Assembly (NCBI GenBank): GCA_002104905.1
Contig: MCFE01000145.1
Span: 90,755-154,754, forward strand
From: Basidiobolus meristosporus CBS 931.73
Taxonomy: Eukaryota > Fungi > Basidiobolomycota
Direction of reading: 5' to 3'
DNA: 64,000 nt
The translations under genes and the position numbers were made by a program. The notes under the pieces were generated by a model. That model did no database searches, had not been told where the DNA came from, and worked only from the letters and a program-made list of their open reading frames with translations. Shown in pieces: positions 1 through 14,077 of this stretch (position 1 is its first letter; each line of letters begins with the position of its first letter).

Positions 1-680
1 ATTTATCAATTAGTGTGTCTTAATGAAGTTGCTTGATGTGCAAGAGGTTGGGCTTGGTGTTAGTGCAAGGTATAAGGACTTGTATAGATCAGCACAGAAG
101 ATTATAGAGCTACAACTGACATCTTGACAGATATAAGCCAATTTGAGGCTGGCAGAGAACTAATCAAAAGGCACTAATGTGCCACAGTGATGAAATATTT
201 TGGTGCAATATTCCAAGGAGTATTGGAAGTGATGTGGAGAACTAGTGGATATACATGTTATTCACTTGTAGATATATTGATCAAAGTATGGTAATTATAC
301 TTTTGATATAGTAGAGTAAACAAACATGTACAGTTTGTTAAGGAAGGCCCCAAGAATATGTGTGCAAAGTTTGGGGGCTTTTGGACAACATTGAGAAAGA
401 TCATAACCTGGGTACCTGATAATTTGCTGAAAATATTTTAAGTAAATCCCAAGAAATTTGGTTAGGACAGAATGCTAATCAATGAATAAGATCTATGTGA
501 CTAAGTAAGCATGAATACTTTGGTGACAACTTAATAATACTACATACTTGACCAAGTTTTTGTGATATCCAAGGTGCAATATGTTTTAACGGCCTTTACA
601 TGGTGTCCTAATTATATCAGTATTCTTCAATCATTATATGTAGCCTTTTGTCAGGATCATCAAAATTATTTTTCATAGGG
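1..680. mobile_element. CACTA/EnSpm-type element end fragment, interrupted by a solo Copia LTR
   Basis: Ends in TIR ...attatttttcataggg at 680. Segments 1-200 and 545-680 match 14470-14933, the right end of the CACTA copy there. Confidence 0.65.
201..544 (-). mobile_element. Solo Copia LTR (diverged subfamily)
   Basis: Reverse-complement similarity to the LTRs at 57281-57629 and closer similarity to 62674-63022. Flanks tattt/tactt are a near-TSD. Confidence 0.75.
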
Positions 681-1223
681 TTTTTGTCATAACACCCTTT
701 TTCTGTAGGTTTGATGGGAGCCTTACAGCATCAAGCTCTTATTTACTCAATAGTACCCATTTTCAATGACTTTAGGGAGTGCTGCAGGGCCTGCATCTCA
801 TCAACCAGTCCTAGTGATAAAGCTTTGTAGTATTCAGGTGCACTTTCTTGAACACTACTCTTCAAGAAGTGCTAGCCTGTTGATACACCAATTAATGATC
901 CAATATGCCACTGTAGGCATTAAAGTAGTCTTCTAGGTTTTCTGCATTGTTACTTTCTCTAACAGTAAGATTGCAGCTCTGTCTACAAAGGAGGATGTGG
1001 AGGCAGAGGTAGGCAAATTGCCTTTCACTGCAAACTCATCTTCCTCACTTGAGTGTGGCTTCACTGGCTACACATCCAACTCTTAAGAAGACTGCTATTG
1101 TCTTAGTGATAGTTCTTCTAAAGTATTAAAGGATTGAGTCTGTTCTGGGCTGAGGAACATAACTGGTGATTGCGGCAACTTTTTTCTCATAGCTGCCTTT
1201 CTCTGTCTTGCCTAGACTTTTTT
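681..1223 (-). repeat. Dispersed repeat homologous to 13560-14470, probably CACTA internal sequence
   Basis: Reverse complement aligns with 13560-13709 plus 14078-14470. It contains the empty site of the solo LTR at 13710. Confidence 0.55.
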
Positions 1224-1784
1224 CACTATGAAAAATAATTTAGTCCTGCAGATGGATCCAATCCAGATCAGCCATCAGGATTGTATTGAGAGACTGTCAT
1301 AATACCAGCAGCCTGGAATTAGCAACCCTCTTAACAATCTTATCACAGGATCATGGCAGTGTTTTGCTACTATAAATGCCAACTAAATTTACAAGACTTG
1401 ACAAGATTCCATTGGTGCTGTGACAATAATTGCACGGCATTGTTGCAGTCTTATTGCACTCTACAACTATTTTAGATGGATCCAACAGGCCAGGACATCC
1501 AATTTCCTTGTCTGGCAAGAAACTTGATGGTAGTCCAGCAGCCTCACAGGAAGACTCTGATGGCATGATAATGGCAGTATGGAGGCCTACAGCTAGTTCT
1601 GTAAAATGCCACTGCACCAATTTACCAAATGGTATTTCCTTTTTCTACCTTGCCTTGAGCAATTCATATATTCCACTGTTGAGTCATCCCTCTTTATTTG
1701 CTTACCTACTACTACTTTGGGTATTCCATATATAGTCCAAATAAAAAAAAACTATGGCCTCCTGCCTACTAACCTCTACAGAGC

Positions 1785-2845
1785 TGTAGTGGGGTCACAG
1801 TGACACTCACCGACAAATGTGCACTTTGTCATATCATCTACTTCCCTATTTCTCAACTACACTTCTTTTAGTTTTATCCAATTTGTCTTACTTGATCAGC
1901 ACTATCACATAAGCTGGCTGACTATCACACCTGCTTACCTTATTGCATAAGTTATCCCTCACTTTACGTAAGATTACTACTAGTAAGTGCTTTGATATTA
2001 GGTAAGCACCTGCACCGGTACCCATGACACAAGATCAACCTGTGTTGCCATCCCTACCATTTCTATACTTTATATGGTATCCCTATATTATGCAGGTTTC
2101 AGGGTACTGATTCCTGACTGGTTGGATGTGCTGTGCCTCTTAGAACCTTCTGGCACTTACTTGGAATATTCTTAGCTCATTCTGATGTCGTTAAGATTTC
2201 TACTGATCTCCAGAACCTTTGGGAACACCATGATTGGTAGTCACTTGGCCAGTGAGAGAGGTATAGAGGGGAGGCAATCCCTCAACAATATGTTATCATC
2301 CCTTTTATCAATATACCAACTTGTTGATTAATGTGATCACTGCTACCTGAACTTCCAACCCCAGACCACAGGACACCCCCAGGAAACTGTGCTGATAGGC
2401 AACTGACCTTAGAGGCACTTCTGGTGAGGGATACTCAGAGTAGGTATCTTTTATTATATATGATTCTTTCCCAAATTTGCTCTTGTACAGGCAAATATAT
2501 TTTTCTGCCTTTGTAACCAATGACCAAAGCTGCATTCTTATCAGGTACCTTCTGATGAAGTTTACAGTTGTTTTGACTTTGAAAGCTTTAGTACATTGTC
2601 ATCTTAAAGGATGCTGAACCCAGCACATACTTTTGTTAAGATGCCTACTAAGTTGGGGATTGTAGCTCAATAGTGTTCCCTTAACAAGCTTGTGGCTTTA
2701 TTCCCCATCACCTTAGATTAGAGACAGAACCCAAGTATTCCTAGCAAGCTTTTGCCAGAGGTTATTGCATCCAGTGAACATCCCACACATAAAACACTTG
2801 AGTAGTGTTGGACATATCTCTCCCTTGGACTTATACACCACCATA
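1785..2845 (+). repeat. Gypsy-1 5' LTR (~1.06 kb)
   Basis: Starts TGTAGTGGGGTCACAGTGAC and ends ttatacaccaccata. Homologous to 15403-16169 and to 23478-24555 (reverse). Confidence 0.85.
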
Positions 2846-5800
2846 TGATTGGCACCCAAGATGGGTGGTTCATACAAGCTCCCTAGGACCAAACAAGATT
2901 TACCTGAAGATTTGAGCCATTATGCACTTATTGAAAAGAGACTACCAATATTATCAAGATTACAACATCAACCCACCAACCCAAAATGAACTGTATACCA
3001 ATACCACTCTCACATGTAGCTTTACAGTTTGATGGAAAGAATGTGGAAAGCTTCATATTCAAATGGGAGAAGCTCTGCAAGGTGTGCAGCCTATTTGAAC
3101 ACAAAACAGCTGAAGACTTCCCCTACTACTGCACCAATGATATTACCACTAAGCTTCTCAGACAAGGAGGCATTCTCACTGACTGGGCCTTAATCAACAC
3201 CTACCTATAGATCAAGTATGGAAGACCCCAGATATACTATGGAACTGAAGACTTCAGACACTTTGGAAGGACTGGAATTTCTGAGCTACTACTTAAAGTG
3301 TTTATTCAATAGTATGAAGACATGGCCAAGCCACTCCTGGAGTCCCAAGCTATAAATGAGTTTATCATGACACTTTACCTTGCACATGGGCTTCCCCAGG
3401 ACTTGGTAAGGAAAGTTGACTTTTATGCGGCCAAGGAGGATAGGTCTGGCATTCCATGCCTTGCAGAGATGAAATGTGTTTTCCTAGAGGCAAAGCAGAC
3501 TTCTGCCTTTATGATACTTTTGAAGTCTAATTTGCCAGACAAGTCAACCAAGGAGCCTAGGTGTGCTGTTGCTGACAATCAGACCTACACTACCAACAGA
3601 ATTGACTAACTTGCTGAGCAGCTACAAAAGCTAGCCCTCAAGATTAATGGCTCAGCTGAAGTAGCTACTGAGAGCCAAAGACCTTTCCCCAGACACAGCA
3701 TTTGGTGTGACTCTGCTTCCCATGCTAGGCAAGAATGCTCAGAGCTTAGTCAACTACTTAGAGAAGGAGCTCTACAGTTTGATGCCAATGGAATGTTTAC
3801 TGACAGGAAAGGAAGAAGGATCCCCACCTATTTCCAATGAGGATGGATGAGAGCTCTATTCCAGAAATCTGACTCAACAAAAGATGGATCTTGACCTGCT
3901 GATAACATCAGACCATCCAAAGAAACACCAGAAGATATACAACTACACCTGAGAGACTTAAGCAACCTATCATTGGTGATGGAAACCTAACACCAGAGGG
4001 GATCTTATTATCTGAAGAAACCCTGAAAAGATATGATAAGGTTTCCTCATACAATGATAAGGAGATGGGACTCTTAAAGACATTGGCTGAAGAACCTATC
4101 AAGATTCATACAGTGCCCCAAGCACCCTGGTCATTTAAGCCTTACCAAGTGCCCAGATGACTCCAAGCTTATGCTCATGACCTACTTAAGAAGAAAATAG
4201 AGGCTGGTATCCTAGAGCCTTGCCATGGACCTTATGCTAACAGATGGCTTGTTACTAAAATGAAGAATGGAAAGCTCTGATTTTTCAAGAGATGCAACCT
4301 GCAAGTGCCATCACTGTTGGAGATGCTGCTATACCTCCATCTATTGATGACTTTGCAGAAAGCTTTAGTGGCCACTCCATCTACTCATCATATGGTCTCT
4401 ACTCAGGATATGACCAGATTCCTATACATGAGACATCAAGAGACATATTGCTCTCCAGGCACCATTTGGACTCTTAAGGATGACAAGACTCAGCCAAGGG
4501 GCTACAAGCTCTGTTGCTCAGTTCCAGAGATGCATGGCAAATTTGCTGTATCAGTTTATACCTGAGAAACCTGCTGTCTTTGTTGATGAGATGTGCATCA
4601 CAGGATCTAAATTCCCAGACACCACTGAAGTTATGCCTGAAGTAAGACAGTTTGTCCATGACCATATTTCAGACATTGATGCCATATTAGTAGCCATTGG
4701 GGATGCTGGATTCACTGTCAATGGTGAGAAATGTAGCTTTGGTGTATCAGAAATACCTATAGATGGACAAATATGCAGCACCTTTGGTTGTTCACCTGGA
4801 GGCTCCAAGACACAAAAAATATGCAACTGCCTACCCCCACAAATATACATAAGCTTGTGGCTTTGTGGCAGCTGGTGAGTTCTTTAGGATCTGGATCCCT
4901 AGATTCTCTGAGATAGCAGAGCCAATCTACTGACTACAGAGAAAGAATACCCCATTTATCTGGGGAGAAGAACAAGAAGAAGCCAGGCAATCACTAAAAG
5001 ATGCCTTAGTATCTCTACCAGTTCTGTGCCCTCTTGAGTATCAGAACACTGAATGCCCACCTATTTTGACAGTTGATGCAAGCCCTATAGAAGCAGGAGC
5101 ACTACTTGGCCAAAATGATGAAGATGGCAACCTCTATGCCTGCAGATATGAGAGCTGCTTATTCTCTCCTAGAGATCAAAGATACTCACAGATGAAGAGA
5201 GAGCTACTAGGAGTTGTGAAGATGCTGAGGAAGCTGAAGTTACAACTCTACATGACACATTTCATCCTGGAGACAGATGCCAAGCCACTTATAGGAATGA
5301 TCAACAACCCTGACCTGCCTGATGATGCTAAAAGCCAATGAATGCATGGCTGAAAATGCTTGACTTTGAGGTCAGACATATCCCTGGCAAGACAAATGTT
5401 GTGACTGATGCACTCTCCAGGAAGGGACTATAATTATTTGAAGACTTGGACCCTCACTTTGATGATATGATTGATGTAGAGATTTAACAGATTGCCATCA
5501 AAGACCAAGAGAGAACTGCCTGGAGCCTAATTAAAGAATATTTAAGGACACTCAAGAAACCTAATTGGATGGAAATTCATGAGTTTAGATTTCTCAAACA
5601 GAAGTCACATCACTACCATCTCAAATAAGATATTCTCTTTAAACAAGTGAAGCCTGAACTTATGCCAAGAAGAGTAGTTTCTAACCCACAAGAGCAACTG
5701 GACATCATGTCAAGTATCCATCAAGGAGTGCCGGGAGGACATAGAGGACAAGAAGCCACCTACAATACCATAGCTCAGAGGTATTACTGGAAAAATATGT

Positions 5801-6041
5801 ACTATGATATTGAAAACTTTGTTGAGTCATGTGCAGCCTTCCAGAAGAGATCCTCCAGGCATTACAAAGAGCCACTGCATCCTACTTACACATTCTGTCT
5901 ATGGCAAAAGGCAGGTAGTGACCTTGTCCAGATGCCAACAGCTGGATCAAGGAAGTACCTGATTGTTGCTAGAGATGACCTTAGTGAATGGGCAGAAGCT
6001 CAAGCCTTGCCCAACAACAAGAGCCATATTATATGGAGATT

Positions 6042-7271
6042 TGTGGTAATGGAAAGTATTTCATTACTACAATATCTCAAAACCACCATTGCACTTATTT
6101 CTTTATTTTGCTTTTTTGCTATTGTAACACACAGGTGAAAGATCAACAATTTACAACTTTGAAGGACAAATACTCCAGACCCTGACAAGTAATCCACCTA
6201 AGAATATCATGGCATACAGAACACACAGTAGCCAACACATGTTTTAAATTGCAGCTCATTTGAAGCAGTACTTAAGGAGTTATAACCAAAGAAGTCCATT
6301 TATTTTATATACTAGGTCACTATTGCTAGAATTACTATGGTGACTTTGACTGCATGTCACTTTTGAACCAGCCAATCAAATCACGTAATATTCTCACAGG
6401 TGCTACGCCTACAGTCAATCTGCGCCACTGCTATACTTTAGCTTTGTATCATGTGTATTGCTTATGCAATTACCAAAAAACTTTGATCCTTCAGAAATTT
6501 TATATATATGACTTCCCAAGCTGGAAAATAAAGGAGAGCCTCTCTTTCCAGAATCTCCACACTATGTTACAAGTTTAAGGTTATAAGACTTCCCCCACAT
6601 CACTTACACTGTTGAGTATTCCAACTTTGCTCAGTACCACATCAGTAAAGATGCTGCAAAGCTCACAAAAATCTACTCTGAGTTCTACAAGAAACTACCA
6701 CTTTTCTGTTGGAAAAGTCCCCTCTAAGAAGCCCCTTTACTCTAAAGACACCCCTTTAGTCTAAAAGCCCCTTCAGAGACCCCTTTAAGAAACCTGTTTA
6801 CTCTGAAGAAGCCCCTTTAGGCACCCCTTTGGTGTAAAGTCCTCCTTAGAGACCACTACAAGAAGCCCCTTTACTCTAAAGACACCCCTTTAGACACGCC
6901 TTTAGGTCTAAAGACCCCTTCCTAGACTTCTACAACACACCCCTTTGGGCTAAAGGGGAATGCAGAATTTCTATATTAGGAAATATTCCTGCAGAAAGGA
7001 AAGTGACTTTCAAATAAGGAAAAGTTACTATAAAAGTAAATAAGCCTATTAGTCAGCAGAAGGTCAGAACACTGCTGAAGAAGTGAGAAACACTGCCTAT
7101 AGTATATTTTGAGCCTAAGATTGAGGATGTTAGTGAAAGTTGTATCTTCCATTGATATATCAAACTTGCAATAAACTATTTTAGTATTAGCATACGGGAA
7201 GTTGATGTTTATTGTTGATTAGCCTCTACATTGTAGAACAAGCCCCAAACTAATCATAATACAACACAACA
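6042..7271. mobile_element. Solo LTR-like insertion (1230 bp) in the Gypsy-1 integrase
   Basis: TGTGGT...ACAACA ends and 4-bp TSD GATT (6038-41, 7272-75). Removing it restores WRF-ILEDIICRF. Confidence 0.8.
6720..6960. repeat. Degenerate tandem array of aagaagccccttta / aaagacacccctttag units
   Basis: Recurrent cccctttag/cccctttac motifs about every 15-20 bp. Confidence 0.75.
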
Positions 7272-8059
7272 GATTTATACTTGAAGACATTATCTGCAGA
7301 TTTGGCTGCATCCAACAGTTTGTTGCTGACAGAGCTGAGATGACATTCCTAATGATTCAGGAGTTGTGCTCAAAGTACAAGATACACATTGCTTTTACTA
7401 CAGCTTTCCATCCTCAAGCCAATTGAATAGCAGAGAGAGGACATGAACCACTAGTAAGCTCTCTTGTCAAGACCTGTGGGAATAATACAACATGGTGGCC
7501 ACACCAATTATATCTTGCACTCTGGGCAGATAGAATTACTACCAAGAGAACAACTGGATTATCACCATTTAAGCTACTCTATGGACCCCTATGAAAAATA
7601 ATTTGGTCCCGCAGGTGGATCTGATCCAGATCAGCCATCTGGATCCTGCTTTGAGACCATCATGATACCAGCAGCTTGGAATTAGTGACCCTCCTAACTA
7701 TCTTATGACATAATCATGACGGTGTTTTGCTAATTTTACAACCAAATAAAAGGATAAAACCTGATGATATTTTATCAGCGCTGTGACAATATTTGCATGG
7801 TATTATTGTGGTCTTTTAGTGCTCTATAACTATTTTAAGTGGATCCAGTTGGCCTGGACATCCAATTGCCTTGTAAGGCAAGAAACTGGATGGTACTTTG
7901 ATGGCCTCACTGCAAAACTCTGATAGCAATATATCAGCAGTATGACGGTCTACCACTGGTTCTATATAATGCTACCATACCAATTTACCAAATGGTATTT
8001 TCTTTCTCTACCTCCTCTTGTGCAATTCATATACTCAACTGTAGAGTCAGCCCTCTTTA

Positions 8060-9200
8060 TGTGCTTACCAACTACTACCTTGGGTATTCCACATACAATT
8101 TGAATTAAAAAAAACTATGGCCTTCTGCTTAATAACCTCTACAAATGTGCACTCCTGCTGCAATTGACATACTTCTATCACCTCAACTTTATGGCTTTTT
8201 AGTTTAATACTTGCAAAGCTGCCATATACCTTGTACTGCTGGTAACATATACATCTTGCAAACATATGCTTGATTGTTGCCACTTCTGCCATGAATACCT
8301 CCGGAATATCCGCAAAGTACTTCTTGGTGTATAACCAATATATTCCTTCTCCCTACTAGATTCTAGTTCCCCTTAGAGGTGCACTCTGGCTTTTGTTTGT
8401 GTGAGTGCTGTATTGAATGGTGTAGAAGATGGCTTATGACCATTAGAAATTGGGCATCTATTGGTAGAGTTTTTCCAACAAAAATTTGTTGCTTGTTGCA
8501 CCCAACCCAATTTTGCATTGCCTAACTGATTACCCATGCATTGGGGCTGCTTAGCTTCTTAATGCCATAGGCATAGGTGTCTTTATGTGCACATTTGTCC
8601 TCAGTATCTTCCAACTCTTTCTGGCTGTCCTCCCTATGCCAGCAGCAGAGATCTATGTGTTGAGCTTTATGTTTGTAGTATAGCAGTTTAAATCCTGGCA
8701 CAAACTCCTCATATAACAGCTGTAGATGCATCAAGTAGGCGTTGGTGATCTGCTTCTGGACAAATATTCCTACATTGTCCACATATGACTCCCAATGCTT
8801 CCAATGTACTCTTGGCATGAATGGCTTTAAAATGCCACTTGAATAAACACATATCCAGCTCATCCAGTCTTTGCATTTGTATTGTTGCATATGGGTAAGA
8901 GTATTGATTGAAGCCTGGGAGAAGTACTTAGGGTAGTGGATACTCTGTAATATCATATCCATTGTGCCTGGAGAAACCTACTATCTTGTAAATAGGGATT
9001 TGACCAGGCTCATGGTACTGTTGTTAGGAGAGATAGGCTCACAATCCATCAGTGAGCCTTCTTTGTCAGAGCTTTCACACTGCATGCCATATTCAGAAGG
9101 CTAGTTGAGCCTAAAGGAATCACAAACTCACCTGACTCAGTTTGCTCAAGGTGACAAAGACAGCCAGGTGCCAATATAGAAGTATCAACTGGCTGGCACA
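8060..9200 (-). pseudogene. CACTA transposase C-terminal remnant
   Basis: ORF 8522-8962 (KYFSQA...YEEFVPGFKLLYYKH) is homologous to the pieces at 16555-16875, 26436-26729 and 30519-30973. Confidence 0.65.
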
Positions 9201-9399
9201 ATAATAGACTTGTTCTGTTGGATAGTGCCAGATCAATCTGGCACTATAGTTTCTACCATCATGCCAGTGTCAGGTTATAGTTACTGATAACTTTACTCAA
9301 TCTTATTTATGTTGCTCAGAGTAGTGCTTTCCTTGCTTTATTTACTCTTGATAATGCCCCAGACACATTTCTCTCAGTGGATGTCTTCTTGTACAAATA

Positions 9400-10225
9400 T
9401 ACTCTGCGTTGATAAGTATCATAACAATTTTACCTATTCTTCAGTTTTCTCCTATATATGACTTTCCTGCATATTTAGCTGTCAGTAAGCTGAATTGCTT
9501 CATATATCCCAAAGTATGTTCTACCCTCACTCTGAAATGATTAAATATCTCATTGTAGAGCTTCTGCTTCCTGCTAAGCATGCTATCCCTTGGCTTCCTA
9601 TAAGCTGTAATACATCCTAATCTCTGACAATCCTCTCCTACATAAGCTATGTCAGCCATACATATCTCCCCTCTACTGAATTCTGGATGATTCTCTACCC
9701 AGAGTGCTTTGTCATGCCTACTTCCAGCAAATGGCCCACCAAACTGGATGATGTTACCCTCAATGTCAGACAGTGCTTGAAACATCACACAGTGTGCCTT
9801 GTACTTGCCAGAATAAAAGTGCCTCTGCCCTCTAGAAGGTTTGTTAATCCTGACTGGGAAGGTATCCAAAATACTCCTGATATGGAGCCTATTGCTGAAC
9901 ACTCTGGGATATGGAAATCTATTGGCGCTTCTGAACCAGGTACTCCAAGTTTGCTCTAAGTCATTCATACCCTCTGCAAGGTGGTTCTCCATGCTATCAG
10001 TAGGGAATGAGCACTTCTAAGACTTTTGTTGCCATGGATGGTGGGATCAAACCTTGTAGGGCAATAGTTTTTGTTATAGCAGTGAAGCTTAACATGGGAT
10101 CTCCTAGAGTAGATTGGGATTGATGGACCACAGTACTTGGTGAAGATCTCCTCTAGTGTGTCAAAAGGAAATTCAGTAGTAGTAATGGGATTCATGAGAA
10201 AAGACCATTCAGATGGGTAAGTTGT
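9400..10225 (-). pseudogene. DDE_Tnp_4 (IS5/Harbinger-like) transposase, frameshifted
   Basis: LDTFPVRINKP..YSGKYK..GSRHD..MADIAYVG..RVRVEHTLG in ORF 9441-9992; N-terminus in 9965-10195. Confidence 0.85.
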
Positions 10226-10699
10226 ATTAGAATTGGTGGAGGATTGGCTGAGGTGATTTGATGCAATTGGGCATGATCAGCTTTATTTTTCTGATTTCCA
10301 TTCATTATGATTAAATCCTCATTAATTACTATGTATCCCATTATTATGTTGCAAAAATCATCCTCAAACAATGACTGGGTATTTTTATTGATGTTTAATG
10401 CACAAGTCTATAATCAAATAGGATGTCTGCAATTGAGGTGATCTGATCCCTGTCAATTCAATTCAAGATCTATCATGCATAATATATGGGAAATTCAACA
10501 ATCACATTAGTTTTCATATATTTTTCATATAAGACCAGGTTGATGCCAATAAACCACTCTATAAGTATCCAAATCCATCACCATGGTTCCTATACCAAGT
10601 CTCAACTCATCTTTAGTTCAACCCAGACATAACCCATCCCCCAGCTCACAAGCACAGTCTGGACCATATAAGGCAATGTTGGATCCATTCAAGTTCTTG

Positions 10700-10858
10700 C
10701 CAAGGTAAGCTGGTGTGATAGTCAACCGGCTTATGGGATAGTACTGATCAGGTAAGACAAATGGGATAAAACTAAAATAAGTGTAGTAGATATATAAGGA
10801 AGTAGAAAATATGGGAATGAGCACATCTGTCAGTGGGTGTCACTGTCACCCCACTACA
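10700..10858 (-). repeat. Gypsy-1 LTR 5' fragment inside PHIS copy 1
   Basis: Reverse complement matches 1785-1950. It replaces most of PHIS ORF2. Confidence 0.75.
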
Positions 10859-12174
10859 GCATGGCCAAGCTGCAGCATTGCACTCATCAACTAGGAGGCA
10901 AAATACTGACTACAAATACACAAGTAGCCAAGAGGATAGTCAACCAGAAAGTAGTTTAAGTGTGCAAAGTGAATTGCTACCAAATGCTTCAGTAATAATC
11001 CCTGCAAGAAAAAATCCTAGGAGAGGATGATGCAATTGCATTGAATTGCTATTATTTGTTATGATCCAAACAATGCATTTCTTTTGCAATCTGCATTGAG
11101 CTATTGCAAATCAGTGATCACTAAATTTTTGATATGAGCAATGTTAAGGTTGACTCACAGTTGAGACAGGATCCCTATAAATAAACACCCTTCATATGTA
11201 TACACCTTCTGTGGCACCAGTTCAGCCATTTGATCTGATTTGCACTCATACAATTGGTTGCATGCTAGCTATGACACCTTGTCCATTGGCTAGGATCAGG
11301 GATTTACTTGCTTAATGGGCAAAATGCAATATTTGATGGCAAATCAGGTAGCTTATGTATGGTCAAAGAGCCAATTGGGGACTGACAGCTTCAGGATACT
11401 TTTGGACCAATTAACCACTGAGATACCATCCAACGGGAGTGATGGTAACCAAAATGGTAAGTATCAGTGTAGTTTATAGTGTGATATGCATTTATTTCCA
11501 TTTACATTGAAGAAACATACCCAGATACCGGATTTTACCTACCATAATAGAGGTATCCGATTGCACACATAATGCAAGCATTACAAGTGGGTGCAATCAT
11601 TTGTGCCAACCTCATTGTGTCAGATTGTGCCATAGTGTGCAAGATTGTCTCAAATGGTGCAAAGTTGTCCAAGAGCAATCCTGCCTACTGGTAGCTACAA
11701 TATTGCTCCAAATCACTCTTAGAGACCACTGATCATGCCACATGCCCTGGCATGGTATGATGGAACAGGTCTAATGTTGGTACAGTAGTGACCAATGAAT
11801 GGTCAAGTATGACTTGGGTGGTAAAACACTAGCCATGATGCTGGTAGTACTTCCTATGCTGCCTGCATGCTTCATGGCTGAGAGGCTTGTCATAATAGCC
11901 ACATGGTCTTTTTTCTCTTCTCTTACAGTGTTGAGTCAAAGTAGTCTTGTCCATGGGGCAAACAGTCTGACCTTCATCAATGTAACGCTATTATATCACT
12001 TCTTGGTCAATACTCATGTGAGCTTAAGACAGTCTTGTATTTGAGACATTGCACCTACATGAATGTAAGATTCAATGATGACCTGCCATAGTAAGCATAT
12101 AAATAAAGTTGTGGCACCACATACACACATATATGTAGCACTATTCCCCTTTGATTTGACTCACTTCCATATAT

Positions 12175-13513
12175 ATGCTGCCAAAAAACAAAGCAAAGTT
12201 TTCTGGTTCCCAACCAAACCCCACCACTGGTGGCAACAGAAGAACAGTTGGACAACAGCTTGCTTTGACATTCAATGCAACAAGTAGGGCTACATCCAAA
12301 AAAGGCCCTGTGGACAGTGTGCCCATTGAAGGTAGTAGTGCAGACTCCTTGGGCTCTCAGTCAAGTAGGCATTTGAGAACCTTGGTGGAGCCACAAGCTG
12401 ATCATTATACTCAGGTGGATGAGAATGTGGCCAACACAGTACCCTCAGTTGAAAACCAGCAAGTGGTCATGATAGTGTCATCACCATCCATATTAGCAAG
12501 TATGTTGTCAGCTCATACCAAAGCATCAATGAGGTATTAAGTGCAGTGGCTGATAGGATAGATGTAATAGCCCAGAGATACCTGAAAGTAGTCCAGAAGC
12601 AGGATGAGCAAATAATACATGTAGAGCAATCAATATCTCAGGTAGAGGAAGCAGTATCTTTGCTGCAAAGAAGGAACCCAAGTAGCTCAATGTCACAGCC
12701 AAGAGCTGAGCCATTTCCCAATGCAACAGCAGAGGAACACCATACAGTCTTTGAAGCACAACAACAGTTCCCAAAGATAAGGCCACAGTAACACCTATTG
12801 CAGAGTGGGAGGGAGACAATGTGCCGTTTCTACCAAAGCCTAAAAATCAAAAGACATTAAAGATTTGTGAGGCCATTGAGTGCAATAATGAAGAGTCGGC
12901 TAATATACAAGAGGCTATCAGAAGTCTAGCATGCCATAATCTTAAGGCCAGCATGCCATGGGACCATGAGGAACTCAAGGTCAAGCAGAATGCACTTGAC
13001 TTGTTCCATGAGCATAAATCTAGATTCAAACCTGCAAATGGATTTTGGGCCAGCATTGGTATTCTAAGAAGGTATCTCAAGAGTAATACCAGCTATCAAA
13101 GGCAGAAGAACAAGGGTGCCATGGCTAAAAACCAGCAGCTTCCTCAAGAGCCTATTAAAAGCAGAACCAAAAGCTTCAGACAAGCTTCAAAGAGATATCA
13201 GGTAGCTGGAAGAGTGCCAATTAAGGACAAGCAGGCAGACATAGATGCACAATCACAACATTTATCAAGGGAAAATTGTAGTACCACTCAAGAAACACCC
13301 AGTCAATGTAGCAGTGAAGGACCTGGCAGTGATAAAAACCAGTTGCTTCTACAGGAGCCTGTCACAACAACCTTTCAGAGCTCAAAACAAGCAGAAAAAA
13401 ACCTCAGGTTGCCTGAAGAGCTCCAGCAAGGGACAAGCAGGCCAAAACAAATGTGTCAGAGCAGAATTTATCCAGGAGAAAATGTAGTTCTTTACAAGAA
13501 GCACTCAAACTAG
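12175..13513 (+). pseudogene. Broken ORF series of unknown function inside CACTA-B (possible CACTA accessory gene)
   Basis: ORFs 12175-12540, 12546-12791 (coiled-coil-like) and 12821-13513 (PWDHEELKVK..GFWASIGILRRYLK) lie between the two TIRs; no family recognised. Confidence 0.35.
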
Positions 13514-13709
13514 ACAACAGTGAAAGACCTGACAGTGATAAAGGAAAAGGTTAAGGGAAAAGTATCCACCCAAGCCTGAGACAGAGAGTTATTCAAAAAA
13601 ACTGCAGTTCTTGCCACTAACACTGCAAGCCCAGAACAGACTGAATCCCATCATAGCCGAGAAGAATTACCAACAAGAAAACAGCTGTTTTCAGCAGAGT
13701 TGGAAGTGC

Positions 13710-14077
13710 TGTTACAAGTCTTGGTATAAGAGTTGTAGAGGAATAGGGAGTTTAGCTAGTATTGTATTCACTAAAACTTGAACTGATTTTTATTGAAGTT
13801 CCAGCAGCTCCTTATATACATTTTGCCAGATCAATTGCTGACTAATTGTATTTCCTAATGTAGGTTGTGGCTGAGGACTCATTTGATTGCATCATCATCA
13901 CCCAATAAGATCCTACTTAATATATCTATTTCTGTCTGATAAGGATCTGCTGATTCATTAGCTGACTAATGCTACTGATTTCATAGATAATACTGATATA
14001 CTGATAACCTAAACATATACTAATTAATTTGACTAAAAACTGATATAACTTAAACATTCAAGCGGCAGATCATAACA
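13710..14077. mobile_element. Solo LTR of a further family (368 bp)
   Basis: TGTTAC...ATAACA ends and perfect 4-bp TSD GTGC. The empty site is visible in the paralog at ~1060-1090. Confidence 0.85.

Larger units (their letters stand above)
9206..11772 (-). mobile_element. PHIS-family DNA transposon copy 1, internally deleted
   Basis: TIRs AGACTTGTTC / GAACAGGTCT and AAT TSD on both sides (9203-05, 11773-75). Confidence 0.85.

Noticed and set aside
6720-6960. CRISPR-like array
   Set aside because: Units are degenerate and abutting, lack unique spacers, and the context is eukaryotic with no cas genes.
12000-12330. Minus-strand resemblance to the CACTA transposase core (EPENF..IYMEVSQIKG..CY)
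   Set aside because: The match is weak and overlaps plus-strand ORFs; it cannot be resolved without alignment.
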